Origin: Gammaproteobacteria bacterium
GTDB taxonomy: Bacteria; Pseudomonadota; Gammaproteobacteria; Chromatiales; Chromatiaceae
Reading direction: 5' to 3'
NCBI GenBank assembly: GCA_020445315.1
Contig: JAGRGW010000009.1
Span: forward strand, 1-55,064
DNA length: 55,064 nt
Part shown: positions 8,017 through 18,700 of the stretch, one piece after another
Layout of the letters: the number at the start of each line of letters is the position of its first letter
Position numbering within the stretch: position 1 is the first letter of the stretch
Notes under the pieces: model-generated
The model's database searches: none
What the model saw: only the letters and a program-made list of their open reading frames with translations
Told to the model about the DNA's origin: nothing
Program-made: the position numbers and the translations under genes

Positions 8017-8844
8017 ATGATTTCAACTTTCCGTCTTACCGTTTTCACCTCCCTGTTCGTACTCGCCGCCTGCTCCGAGAGCAACGCGCCGGCCACGCTC
8101 GAACAGGCCGCCGGGCAGGCGCTGGACAAGGCCGAGATCACGGCGCCGAAGGCACCGGCCGCCGTCGTCGCCGAGGTCGAACCGCGACCCGCCAGGCCCA
8201 AGCCGGTTGGCCCGCACGGCCAGCACGATCCACATGCGACGCTCGATCCCAATCGATTGGTCAAGGTCGCGCTGCAACACGACAGCGAAGGCCGGCGCGA
8301 GCTCGCCCTGAAGACGCTGGCCGAGGGCATCGAGAAGTTTCCGGACGCCGCCCAGTTGTATGCCGTGCGCGCCAGCATGCGCCTGCAGATGCAGCAGGTC
8401 AGCGCGGCGCTGAGCGATCTCGAGCAGGCCGTGGTGCTGGACCCGGACGACCCCGGCATCCGCGTCAACCGTGCCCAGGCCTACCGTTCGTTCGGCCGCT
8501 ATGCCGAGGCACGAGAGGATCTCGACCGCGCCATCGTCGTGGCGCCGGACCTGGTCCCCGCGCGCTTCAACCGCGGTGCCCTGCTGTATGCGCAGAACGA
8601 GTTCGACGCCGCACTGGTCGATTTCGACCACTGCATCGCGGTCGACCCGCACACGCCGGCGCCGTATTTCAACCGCGCGTCGACCTACTGGGAACTGGGC
8701 CGTCCGGACGACGCGATGCGCGACCTCGATCGCTTCATCGAATTGTCCGACAACGACGAATGGAAGCAGGCGGCGCTGGACCTGAAGAAGAACTGGGAGT
8801 CGGCACTCGCAAGCCCCCCCACGGCCAAAGGTGAAGACTCATGA
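8017..8844 (+). CDS. TPR-repeat lipoprotein
   Basis: Lipobox LAAC; TPR-like helices (NRAQAY..GRY.EA..DLDRAI, FNRGALLY, FNRASTYWELG). Confidence 0.85.
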   Translation: MISTFRLTVFTSLFVLAACSESNAPATLEQAAGQALDKAEITAPKAPAAVVAEVEPRPARPKPVGPHGQHDPHATLDPNRLVKVALQHDSEGRRELALKTLAEGIEKFPDAAQLYAVRASMRLQMQQVSAALSDLEQAVVLDPDDPGIRVNRAQAYRSFGRYAEAREDLDRAIVVAPDLVPARFNRGALLYAQNEFDAALVDFDHCIAVDPHTPAPYFNRASTYWELGRPDDAMRDLDRFIELSDNDEWKQAALDLKKNWESALASPPTAKGEDS

Positions 8845-9428
8845 GGCCCGTAGTCGCCCTCGCCTGGATGCTGCTGTTGCCAGTCATGGCGCTGGCATCG
8901 ACCGGGTTCGATGCCCTGCTCGACGAGGCCGAACTGCAGTTCGACCCGCCAGCGGGCTACCGCGAACTGCCGCCGGGACGCACCGAGGTATTCGACTACG
9001 AAAAGGCGGTGCGCAGCCCGGGCGACGAACTCGAGATCCGCCTCGCGGTCCGCCCGCTGAAGCGGCTGCGCATCGACTACGACGACCCGCACGGCGCCGT
9101 GCCCGACCCCAACCACATCTTCCCGCTGGTGTTCGAGTCGCTTGCCTCGCGCCTGGCCGGCGGTCGCCATGCGCCGAGCAATGCCTACCCGCCGGACATG
9201 GCCAGTGAGCTGTTCAACGCCGACTGGGCGGCGGCCGCCGTATTCGACACCATTGCGGAGTTCGACACCGAGTACCGCCAGGGACTGCTGGTCGCGATCC
9301 ATCGCAACCGTGTCGCTGACGCCTACGCAGTATTGCTGTTCGACGACTACCACGCGGTCAAACCGGCCCTGGACCGGGCCATGAAAACCCTGGTTTTCCG
9401 GCCGGCCGACCAACCGGGCAACGACTAA
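8841..9428 (+). CDS. Hypothetical secreted protein
   Basis: ATGA overlap with the TPR gene; signal peptide ending MALA. Confidence 0.7.
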   Translation: MRPVVALAWMLLLPVMALASTGFDALLDEAELQFDPPAGYRELPPGRTEVFDYEKAVRSPGDELEIRLAVRPLKRLRIDYDDPHGAVPDPNHIFPLVFESLASRLAGGRHAPSNAYPPDMASELFNADWAAAAVFDTIAEFDTEYRQGLLVAIHRNRVADAYAVLLFDDYHAVKPALDRAMKTLVFRPADQPGND

Positions 9429-9451
9429 ACCAGCAGCCGCACACCCGGTTT

Positions 9452-10276
9452 TCAGGCCGCCAGCAGGTCCGCTGCGGCACGCCGGTAGCGACGGCGCGCC
9501 GACGACACCAGGACGGCGCCGAGTGCGAGCATCGCCAACGTCGGCGGCGCGGGCACGGCATTGATCGTGATCCGCGCCAGGGCGTATCCGGGCTGCGTGA
9601 AGTCACCCGCCACCGGGTCGATGACTGTACCCGCCGCTGTCGTACTCCCCAGCAGCGCCCCGAGTCCCCCGTGTACGCCGATCGCCATCATCTCGTCGGT
9701 ACTGGTACCACCCAGCGTGGAGAACGCGGCGCCGAGCCCATCGTTGAGTTCGGTACCCGCATCCCAGACCTCGGCGCCGGTAACCAGGATGTCGACCGGG
9801 CCGACGAAGACGCCCGTCGCATCGAAGATCCGGTAGGCCATGGGATCGTCGTTGCCGATGAAGGCGTCGTTCGACGGAATGACCATCGATGCAAACGAAA
9901 AGTACGCCTGGCTGAGCGGATCAACATCGAAACTGGCACTGACCAAATCACCCGGGTCGAACACCGGCGCCCCACCGAAGCCCTCGGGCGCGACGATCAC
10001 GCCGTCCACGCCGCCGCTGGCGGAAAAATCAGCACGCAGGCCGGACGCATCGCCACCCTCGGCGATCGCCTCGATCGAAGCGCTGGCGTTGCCACCGACA
10101 TCGAAGCTGTCGAAACCGCCGTCGTGAAAACCCACCCATAGCGGCGTGAAATACAGTCCGCCCTCACCGGTCAGGTTTTCGACCGTGACCTGAACCTGCG
10201 TGGCAAGAGCACCGGCGTGCAGGCCGACCGTGGCGGCCAACGTCACGAGGGCGGAATAAATATATTTTGATTTCAT
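9452..10276 (-). CDS. Spondin_N-domain protein with PEP-CTERM-like sorting tail
   Basis: Signal peptide; VTVENL..YFTPLWVGFH, IAEGGD, ASMVIPSNDAF, WDAGTE motifs; tail VPAPPTLAMLALGAVLVSSARRR. Confidence 0.8.
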   Translation of the reverse strand: MKSKYIYSALVTLAATVGLHAGALATQVQVTVENLTGEGGLYFTPLWVGFHDGGFDSFDVGGNASASIEAIAEGGDASGLRADFSASGGVDGVIVAPEGFGGAPVFDPGDLVSASFDVDPLSQAYFSFASMVIPSNDAFIGNDDPMAYRIFDATGVFVGPVDILVTGAEVWDAGTELNDGLGAAFSTLGGTSTDEMMAIGVHGGLGALLGSTTAAGTVIDPVAGDFTQPGYALARITINAVPAPPTLAMLALGAVLVSSARRRYRRAAADLLAA

Positions 10277-10578
10277 CTGCTTACGATCCTCGGATTGGTT
10301 TTTTCTTGTCATCCGGCCGGCACGCGAGGCAGGTCGCAGCCGGCCCGATGCCTCCAATCCTAGGCAGGCAATCTCACGGAAGTATCACGCGGCGGTGACC
10401 GCGCCGGGACACAGCGTTGAAATATCACAGTCGTGGCTCCGGTCGCTTTATCCGGGTACTGCTGCACGGGTGGCGGGGCACAAGTCGCGACGACGAAACC
10501 CGGCTTGGATCGCTCAAAGACGTGTTTGTGGTTGGCGGCGGTTCCCACGGGACAAGCCAGATTCGGAGCACGGAAAAG

Positions 10579-11268
10579 ATGACCAACCGGTCAATATTGT
10601 TGATCGAGGACGAGCAGGACCTGGCCGACCTGTTGCAGTTGCACCTGCGTCGCGCCTGTGACGAACTGTGCGTCGTCCACGATGGCATCACAGGGCTCGA
10701 TGCAGTCCAACAACGCCCGTGGGGATTGGTGATTCTCGATATCGGCCTGCCTGGCGCCAGCGGCTTCACGATCTGCCGGCACCTGCGCAGCCTCCATGCA
10801 CGCACGTCGGTCATCATGCTGACTGCGCGCGACACCGAGGAGGACCGCATCCGGGGCCTCGAGATCGGCGCCGACGACTACGTGACCAAGCCGTTCTCCG
10901 TGCGTGAACTGCTGGCCCGCGTCAATGCCTGCTTCCGTCGCTCGGCTGCCTACGACGAGCCGACCGCGAACCGCCGCCTGCTGCACAAGGGACTGGCTCT
11001 CGACCCGAACAGCCGCCAGGTCAACGATGGCGACAACCCGGTCGGCCTGACGGCCCGGGAGTTCGACCTCCTCGCCCACTTCATGCAGCATCCGAAACAG
11101 GTCTTTACCCGCACGCAACTGCTCGACCGCGTCTGGGGCCATGGTCACGACGGCTACAAGCACACGGTCAACTCCCACATCAACCGCCTGCGATCGAAGA
11201 TCGAGCGCGACCCCTCGCACCCGGAACACATCGTCACGGTCTGGGGTGTCGGCTACCGGCTCGGGTGA
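10579..11268 (+). CDS. OmpR-family response regulator
   Basis: ILLIEDE, LVILDIGLP, MLTAR, GADDYVTKPFS receiver domain; HINRLRSKIE..IVTVWGVGY winged-helix domain. Confidence 0.93.
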   Translation: MTNRSILLIEDEQDLADLLQLHLRRACDELCVVHDGITGLDAVQQRPWGLVILDIGLPGASGFTICRHLRSLHARTSVIMLTARDTEEDRIRGLEIGADDYVTKPFSVRELLARVNACFRRSAAYDEPTANRRLLHKGLALDPNSRQVNDGDNPVGLTAREFDLLAHFMQHPKQVFTRTQLLDRVWGHGHDGYKHTVNSHINRLRSKIERDPSHPEHIVTVWGVGYRLG

Positions 11269-11271
11269 CGA

Positions 11272-11931
11272 GTGGTGCCGGTGCCGCTGCGATCCCTGCA
11301 TGCCCGCCTCGCCCTCACGCTGGTCGCGCTGTTCGTCGTGATCGGCATCGCGCTGGTCATGCTGACGCGTTTCTCGGCGGCGCGTTACCACCAGGAACTG
11401 ACCCAACAGCTGAACGCCCCGATCGCGGGCTATGTCGCCGCGGAGGCCCCGCTGATCGTTCACGGAAACGTGAATCTCGCTGCGATGCGCAGCATTGCCG
11501 ACAGGGCCATGGTCATCAACCCGACTGTCGAAGTCTACCTGCTTGATACCGGCGGCAGGATCCTGGGGCACAGCCTCGGTGAAGGGACATTGCGAAAGAC
11601 ACGCGTGCCACTGGGGCCGATCCGCGACTACCTGGCTGGTGACCACGACCTGCCACTGCGCAACAGCGATCCGCGACACGCCGGTCGGCGCAAGATATTC
11701 ACGGCAGCGGAAGTCACCAGCGACAACGGCCTCGAGGGTTATGTCTACGCGGTGCTGGGCGGACAGAAGTACGACCAGTTGGCGGCCACCATAGGCATCA
11801 GCGATGCGATGCGCCTGAGCACGCTGGCGATCGTCGCCTGCATCGCTTTCGGCCTCGCCAGCGCGCTGCTGATCTTCCGGCGCATCAGCAACCGCATCCG
11901 CTCCCTGACCGCCTGTTGCGGACTCGATTAA
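11272..11931 (+). pseudogene. Sensor histidine kinase, 3'-truncated (TM-periplasmic-TM and start of HAMP only)
   Basis: Follows the regulator; two TM segments, then RRISNRIRSLT and an abrupt ACCGLD stop. No HisKA or HATPase domain, and the convergent gene ends 10 bp later. Confidence 0.75.
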
Positions 11932-11940
11932 GGCAATCGC

Positions 11941-12300
11941 CTAGAAATTCCAGCGCAGGATCGCGTTGGGACGCGGCTCGTGCAGATCGACGTCGCGCTG
12001 CGTTGCCGGCCGCATTACATCCTCGCGCGCCCTCGCCGCCTCGTAGGCCGAGTCGTAACCGAAGCGGATGCGGCTGGGCTCTTGCTTGCGCGGCGCGCGC
12101 CACTCGCTCTCGAACATCGGCGGCTGGCGCCAACCCTCGGCCTCGCGATAGATCTCGTCGCTGAGCAGTTCACCCGATTCGGACTTGATCTCGAGACGCG
12201 CATCATCGCGCGCGACGACGATGGCCGACAGCAGCAATACGCCGAACAGGACGAGGCGCAGGCGTGTTGGCGACGCACCCAGCGAAGGGAGGGCCGTCAT
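11941..12300 (-). CDS. Hypothetical small protein with N-terminal hydrophobic segment
   Basis: ATG overlaps the stop of the SBP gene (ATGA); ends LRWNF. Confidence 0.55.
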   Translation of the reverse strand: MTALPSLGASPTRLRLVLFGVLLLSAIVVARDDARLEIKSESGELLSDEIYREAEGWRQPPMFESEWRAPRKQEPSRIRFGYDSAYEAARAREDVMRPATQRDVDLHEPRPNAILRWNF

Positions 12301-13097
12301 TGCGGGCGATCCCGCCATTTCAGGGTCTTGAACCAGTACTTGTGGGTCGTCGACAGCCACTTGTCGGCGGTCCTAGCCGTGACCCAGGCGTTGAGGAAGT
12401 TGAGCAGTTCCTGCTCACCTTTCCTGACACCCATGCCCGCCACCGAGGCAAGCAATGGCTTGTGCAGCGGCAGGTCGATCTCTTCGGGGTGGTCCAGCGC
12501 CAGGAAAGCCGTTTCGATGGTGCTGGCGATGTAGGCATGCGCCTTGCCCTCGAGCACCAGCGCTTCGGCCTCTGCGTTGTTGGCGACGATCCGCAGATCG
12601 GCCCGGTCGAACAGCAGCTTGGCGACGTCGGAACCCAGCGTCTTGGCGACGGCAACGACGACGAACTTGGGGTCGTTGAGATCCTCGAGGTCGCGCACAT
12701 CGTGGGTCTTGGCCGTATTGGTCGCGATGGCCGCGCCGGACTCGGCGTACGGAAGCGAGAAATTCAACTGCAACGCACGCCTTGGCGTGATCGCCATACC
12801 GGAGATGATGACGTCGATGTCGCCCTGCTGCAGGGCGCCGATGATTTCCGACCAGGGCAGCACCTTGAAATCCGCCTGAACGCCCATCTCGGCTGCCAGT
12901 TTCCTCGCCACTTCGACCTCGAAACCGGTCAACTCGCCCGACTTGTCTTTCATCGCCCAGGGCGTGAAAAGTGATACACCGACCCGGATCTTGCCCCGCT
13001 CGAGGATGTCACTCAGGGCGTCGGCAGGCACCGCGGCAGGCAACAGCAGCAATGCCAGGAGAACGGCGGGGAACACGGCACGTCGCAACATAGTCAT
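12297..13097 (-). CDS. Polar amino-acid-type ABC substrate-binding protein (SBP family 3)
   Basis: Signal peptide; RGKIRVGV, GFEVEVA, GDIDVIISGMAITPRRALQLNFSLPY. Confidence 0.88.
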   Translation of the reverse strand: MTMLRRAVFPAVLLALLLLPAAVPADALSDILERGKIRVGVSLFTPWAMKDKSGELTGFEVEVARKLAAEMGVQADFKVLPWSEIIGALQQGDIDVIISGMAITPRRALQLNFSLPYAESGAAIATNTAKTHDVRDLEDLNDPKFVVVAVAKTLGSDVAKLLFDRADLRIVANNAEAEALVLEGKAHAYIASTIETAFLALDHPEEIDLPLHKPLLASVAGMGVRKGEQELLNFLNAWVTARTADKWLSTTHKYWFKTLKWRDRPQ

Positions 13098-13251
13098 GGC
13101 AGAATCATCGGTAGAAAACACAGGGTCGACAGTATACATGTGAGCGTGGCAGCACTGCTGTCGGCCGACGATGCATTCAACCGGCCAGCGCCCCTACGCG
13201 ACAGGCAGGCAACACCTTAAAATTCCGCCACCCGAAACAAGGAGCAAACCC

Positions 13252-13491
13252 ATGCAACGCATCTTCGCCACAACCCTGCTCGTCGTCGCAGCAAACACGG
13301 CAACCGCGGTCGACTACGGTCAGCTGTACGAGTCGGTCGACAAGCAGAAGGCGGCCGAGTCGGTCGACACGGGCCAGGCCATGCAGGCCGTACAGGAACG
13401 GGACATTCAGAAGGGTTACGAGTCGGTTGACAAGCAGAAAGCCGCGGAGTCGGTCGACTCAAAAAAGGCCATGGAAGCCCTGATGAAATAA
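13252..13491 (+). CDS. Small secreted repeat protein (YESVDKQKAAESVD x2)
   Basis: AAGGAG RBS; signal peptide; 42-bp repeats at 13327-13368 and 13417-13458 differing only at synonymous sites. Confidence 0.75.
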   Translation: MQRIFATTLLVVAANTATAVDYGQLYESVDKQKAAESVDTGQAMQAVQERDIQKGYESVDKQKAAESVDSKKAMEALMK

Positions 13492-13500
13492 CGCCATGCG

Positions 13501-13528
13501 GCCGGTTGCCATCGACATGGCAACCGGT
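13501..13528. terminator. Hairpin between convergent genes
   Basis: GCCGGTTGCCAT-CGAC-ATGGCAACCGGT, a 12-bp stem; no U-tract. Confidence 0.5.
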
Positions 13529-15765
13529 CAGAAACTGGGACCGATCGTCAGGTAGATCGTGCCCTGGCCCAGGCTGGAGTAGCCGTAACCGAAGTATGTC
13601 GGCCCCAGCAGCGTATCGGCAGCCCAGAACGCGCTACCGCTGGCCATCCAGTCCCACGGTTCTTCCATAAGGGGGTCGTTGATCCGCCCCCCTTCGAGCG
13701 ACACGCCCCAGTACAACCCGCGACCCAGCTGTGATGGCAGGCTGGAGAAACGGTAGTAGTAGCTCAGCGATGCGAGGTTGTAGCGCGTACCGGTCAACTG
13801 GTCGAGATACAGGCCGGACATTCGCCTCGGGCCACCGAGTTGGAAAGCATCGTACACGGGCAGGTCGTCACCATCGATGACATCGCCCCACTCCAACCGT
13901 GCAAACAGCGTGTTCTCGCCGAAACTGGTCGCCACCGACACGCCGATGTTGGCGCGAACGAAATCGTCGTCGGCACCCCAATCCCGCTCCGCCGACCGGA
14001 TCTCGCCGTTGATGAGCAGGCCGTGCCGCGGAAACGAGACCGTGTCGAGCTGATCCAGGATGCCGCGCAATACGAGCCCTGTACGATCCGAGCTTTCCGT
14101 TGGCACGATCGGGCTGATGACACCGAGTCCCGGCTCGGATTTCACGTGTTCGACGTAAGGCCCGAATCGCAGTTCACCCAACGTGCCCGTCAGGCCGACA
14201 TCGACGCTCGCCCAGACGCGGTCGATCTGGAAGTTGCCGATACGCGTTTCACGCTGGTAGATCTCCACCGGGCCGCGCTGGACGCCGGCAATCAGGGAAA
14301 CGAAGGCGCCATCGCGCACCTGCAGCGGCTGCATCAGCTCGGTGACCAGTAGGCTGTCGTAACCCAGCTGCAGGTCGGTGCGCCACTCGGCGCCGAGTGC
14401 GTTGAGCCACGTCCTTCGGTAGCTCGCCGCGACGGCCAACTGCGCCGGGCTGTCGAAATCGGTTGCCGCGCCAATACCGAACTTGACGTAGCCCGGCCCC
14501 CACGGCTTGGCTTTCGCCTTGACCAGGATCTCGGCCTCGTCGCCGAGTTGCACGGTCGAGTAGCCGACGTAGGAAAAATCACCGCGGCCGAAAGTACGGG
14601 CAAGGTCACCGTCGAGTTGCAGGCTGTCAAAGGCGTCACCGGGCTCGACCGCGATATCGCGAACGACGGCGGCCTCACCGATCGGGCCAGTCGATTCCGC
14701 GACAATGCGCCGTATGCGCAGGGGAGGTAACACCGCGGACTCGCGCTGCTGCAGCCAACGCTGGTACGTCGCCTCGCTGACGGACAGGGCGGCCAGCACC
14801 TCCCGCTGGGCCAGCGCGGCGGCGCGGCCGCGCTCGACGATCGGCTGGTACAGGTTGAAGTCGGCCGAACTGAATCCATCCAGGTCGGGGGATATCAGCA
14901 CGTCGCCGGCGGTCAACTCGTCGAGGGACCGGCGCACGTTCTGCTCGGTCAGGATCAGGATCGTCTGGCGCGCCACATCCAGCGAGCTCTGCAGGAACTC
15001 GCGACCGAGTGGCTTGGTGCCGAGGTTGACCGCGACGACGGTGTCTCCGCACAACTCGCGCCCGACATCGACCGGCAGGTTACGCACGATGCCGCCATCC
15101 ACGTAGATGCGGTCGTCGATCTCGGTCGGCGAAACGATCGCCGGCAACGACATGCTCGCACGCATGACGCGCGGCAGTTCGCCGTCGGCGAACACCTTGA
15201 TGTCGCCGCTCTCGAGGTCGGTTGCCACGGCACGAAACGGCGTTGGCAACCGGTCGAACGCCAACCTGGCGCGTGAGGCCCCGGGGCCGACCAGTTCCTT
15301 GATGAACAACTCGAACTTGTAGCCAGCCGACGCGCCGGCTGGCAGCCGCAGACCGCTCGCGTCGAGCCCCAGCGTAAAACCGAACAGCGGGCGGTGATCG
15401 TCGCGCTTGACCCGCTGCGCGACGTTGGCCCGTGGCGGCTCATCGTCGAACAGCGCGACGACATCGGTCCGATCAAGGATCTCGAGCATCCGCGCGGGCC
15501 TCACGCCAGCGGCATAGGCCCCGCCCACCATGGCCCCCATGCTCGTACCGACCACGCAGCCGACCGGTATCCGCATCTGCTCGAGCACCTCGAGCACCCC
15601 GATATGCGCGTAACCGAGCGCCCCACCTCCGGACAGGACCAGCGCGACACCCTGGCCGGCCTGACGCTCGCCGGCGGCGATGGCCTGGAATGGCAGTGAA
15701 AGGCACAGCACGATGGCCGGCAGGACCCGCGCCGGCCATGAGCGTGTTCGCCGGCTGCCGCTCAC
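13528..15765 (-). CDS. Patatin-like phospholipase with POTRA/BamA-type barrel (PlpD-like)
   Basis: LSGGGALG, GTSMG (GxSxG) and DGG patatin motifs; signal peptide; beta-strand-rich C-terminus ending in F. Confidence 0.88.
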   Translation of the reverse strand: MSGSRRTRSWPARVLPAIVLCLSLPFQAIAAGERQAGQGVALVLSGGGALGYAHIGVLEVLEQMRIPVGCVVGTSMGAMVGGAYAAGVRPARMLEILDRTDVVALFDDEPPRANVAQRVKRDDHRPLFGFTLGLDASGLRLPAGASAGYKFELFIKELVGPGASRARLAFDRLPTPFRAVATDLESGDIKVFADGELPRVMRASMSLPAIVSPTEIDDRIYVDGGIVRNLPVDVGRELCGDTVVAVNLGTKPLGREFLQSSLDVARQTILILTEQNVRRSLDELTAGDVLISPDLDGFSSADFNLYQPIVERGRAAALAQREVLAALSVSEATYQRWLQQRESAVLPPLRIRRIVAESTGPIGEAAVVRDIAVEPGDAFDSLQLDGDLARTFGRGDFSYVGYSTVQLGDEAEILVKAKAKPWGPGYVKFGIGAATDFDSPAQLAVAASYRRTWLNALGAEWRTDLQLGYDSLLVTELMQPLQVRDGAFVSLIAGVQRGPVEIYQRETRIGNFQIDRVWASVDVGLTGTLGELRFGPYVEHVKSEPGLGVISPIVPTESSDRTGLVLRGILDQLDTVSFPRHGLLINGEIRSAERDWGADDDFVRANIGVSVATSFGENTLFARLEWGDVIDGDDLPVYDAFQLGGPRRMSGLYLDQLTGTRYNLASLSYYYRFSSLPSQLGRGLYWGVSLEGGRINDPLMEEPWDWMASGSAFWAADTLLGPTYFGYGYSSLGQGTIYLTIGPSF

Positions 15766-18700
15766 GTCGCCCCCCGTTCCGGGGCTTCCTGCTGCAGTCG
15801 GATCTGCAGCGGCGTGCTGGTGTCGAGATGGACGTCACGCTGCGGGAAAGAGATCTCGATGCCGGCCTTGGTCATGCCCTTGTAGATCGCCAGGTTCAAT
15901 TCGGTAATCGTCCGCAGTCGAATATCAATATTGTCGAGGTAACAACGCAGTGTCAGCAACAGCGCATTGTCACCGAACTCCTCGAACACGACGAACGGCG
16001 CCGGTTCCGACATGATTCGCTGATGGCTGGTAGCCGCTTCACGCATGATCTCCATGGCCTTTTCGACATCGCTACCGTAGGCGACACCCACGTTGATCAT
16101 GATCCGCGTGGTCTGGTCGCTGAGCGACCAGTTGAGCAGTTCCTGGGTGATGAAATTCTTGTTCGGAACCAGCAACTCCTTCTTGTCGTTGCGTCGGATC
16201 GTCGTGGCGCGAATGCGAATGCGTGTTACCACACCGTCGGTATCGCCGACGGTCACAACGTCGCCGACACGGATCGGTCGCTCGAACAGGATGATCAGGC
16301 CGCTGATGAAGTTGGCGACGATCTCCTGCAGGCCGAAGCCGATACCGACACCGAGCGCGGCGAATATCCACTGGATCTCGGACCAGCTGCCGCCCAGGGT
16401 GCCGAACACCCACGCCAGGCCGACCGCAACGATGGCGTACTTGGTCAGTGTCGTGACCGTGTAGCGCGTGCCCTGCGACACGTCCAGCCGCTGCAGCAGC
16501 GTCAACTCGATGAAGGCCGGCAACTGGCGCGTGGCGACAACCATGGCGACAAGCACGAGCAGGACCAGTCCAAGGCCCGACAACGTGATTGGCACCGGTG
16601 CTTCGACACCCGGCCGGGTGTAAGACCACAGAGTGACGTCCTCGAGTATGCGCAGCGCCGGTAGCATGTCCTGCCAGATCAGGCTGCAGCCAACGACGCC
16701 GACGACCAGCGCCGTGTTTCGGATCAGGCGACGGCTGGCCGCGTCGAGCGCCCGGATATCGACCGCCGGTTCGTCGAAATCGCGTAGTGAAAGTCCGTCA
16801 CCGTCACCCTCGTCGTGCCCCTGCGCCTCGCGTGCCTCGCGCTCGGCCTTGCGCTTGGCCAAGAGTGCGTCCAGCCGCAGACGACGCTCGTTCAACAACA
16901 TCCAGCGCGCCATGACCTGGTAGACGATGACCACGAGCAACACGAACCACAGGGTGTTGTCGATGTGCTCGACGATCGTGCGCGAGGTGTAGATGAAACC
17001 GATCAGCGCAATCACCGCGGAAAACACCGGTAGCAACATCAGCGTGATGAACCAGACGTGACGCAGGCGGTAGGCGAAGTGGTCGCGGTGGTCGTTCAGC
17101 AGTACCGCGAGGGTCCCACGCGACGGGTGGGTCAGGCGGAAGAAGAAGATCAAGAAAAGACCGTTGATGAACACCCACAGCGCACGGCCAAGGCCACCGC
17201 CCCAGGATTGCGCCGACGTCATGAACGCGAGGATCGTAAAGACCATGGCGACGATCAGAGTCGGCGTAAACCAGGCCAGGTCACCATGGAGTCGTTTCAG
17301 GCCCGGCTCGGGCCAGCCGAAATGCACGTGCGCCACGCCGCCCGGCGCAGAGAATATCTGCAGCAGGCGCAGGTTGTAGAGGAACGGTGCAGCGGTCTGC
17401 AGCGCCGTACCCAGTGCACGCGAGAAGTCGTCGACATCGTAGGCCGAATGCAGCAACCAGCCGACGACCCACATCAGCAACGGCAGCGGCAGTGCGAGCA
17501 GCGCCAGCAACAGCAAGGCAACCAGGGTGTCGGAGACATGGTCGCGCATCAGGTTGCCGACATGCTGCCCGCGCCTGGCGATGGCATCGACGAGAAACCG
17601 CCGGCGCAGCCAGACGATGGCCACGACGACCAGGGCAAGCGCCACCCACGGCCGGTCGAGTGTCTCCCGCCATAGCCGGTCAGCGGCCAGGATCCAATTC
17701 GATGGCGCGACGATGACCGAAACCTGGCCCGGGATCAGCCTCGCCGATTCGAGGCTCGCAGGCTGCGCACTGCGGACCCACAACAACCGCTTGTTCAGGA
17801 AAGCCTCGAACTGCTCGGTCAATGCGAGCAGGCGGCGTTCGGCGATGTCCAGTTCACCGATGCTCTGCAGGTAGCTGCGCTGAGTACTCAAGGCCTTGTC
17901 GACGAAAGAACGCCGGCTCTCCGCCAGCACCGCCAGGTCGTCACTTAACGGGATGCGTTCAGCCTGCGCTATATCCGCAAGCAACCCGTCGACATAGGCG
18001 CGCAAGTCCAGCAGTTGGTTGCGCTCCTCCTCGAGCAGTATCTGCGCCAGTGTCGCCTCGGCGATCTTGCCCTCGCGGTCTCGCGCCAGCTTGCGGTAGA
18101 CGCGCGGGTCGGGAAGTCCCCGGCGCTGATCCTGCAGGACCTGGCCGAGGATCTGGTTCAGCCCGGCAATCTCAATTTTCTGCCGGGTGGCATTGAAGCT
18201 GTTCTCGATCTGCTGCGCACGCAACACGGCCTCCCGCTCGCGCGACTTGATCAGCTCGATCTGGTCCGCGGTCGTATCGATTTCCTCGCTCAGGCGCGAG
18301 TTCTTTGCCGCAAGCTCCGCCACCAGTGGGTGCTTGTCCTCGGCCTGGCGCTCGACCGAGCGCGCCTCGAGCTTGGCCTGCTCCGCCTGTTCCGCACGCA
18401 TACGGTTGACCGCGGTTTCGATGGACTCGACCTGCTGAACCAGTTCGCGCATCGCGATCTCCGCCAGGTCCCGGCGGACTTCGAGCAATTCGAGGCGCAT
18501 TGGCTGGCTCGCCACCTCCTGCCCCAACATGAGAATCTCGGCGCGCAGTTGCTCAACCCGTGCCTCGTTGACCCAGCGGCGCGCCTCGACCAACTCGGGC
18601 AGTTCGTCTGCCGCTACGACCGGCGGATTGGACTGCAGTTCGGCACTCTGGCTCTTGGCCTCGGCGACGCGTTGACGAATGACAGCCGGCCGGCCTTTCT

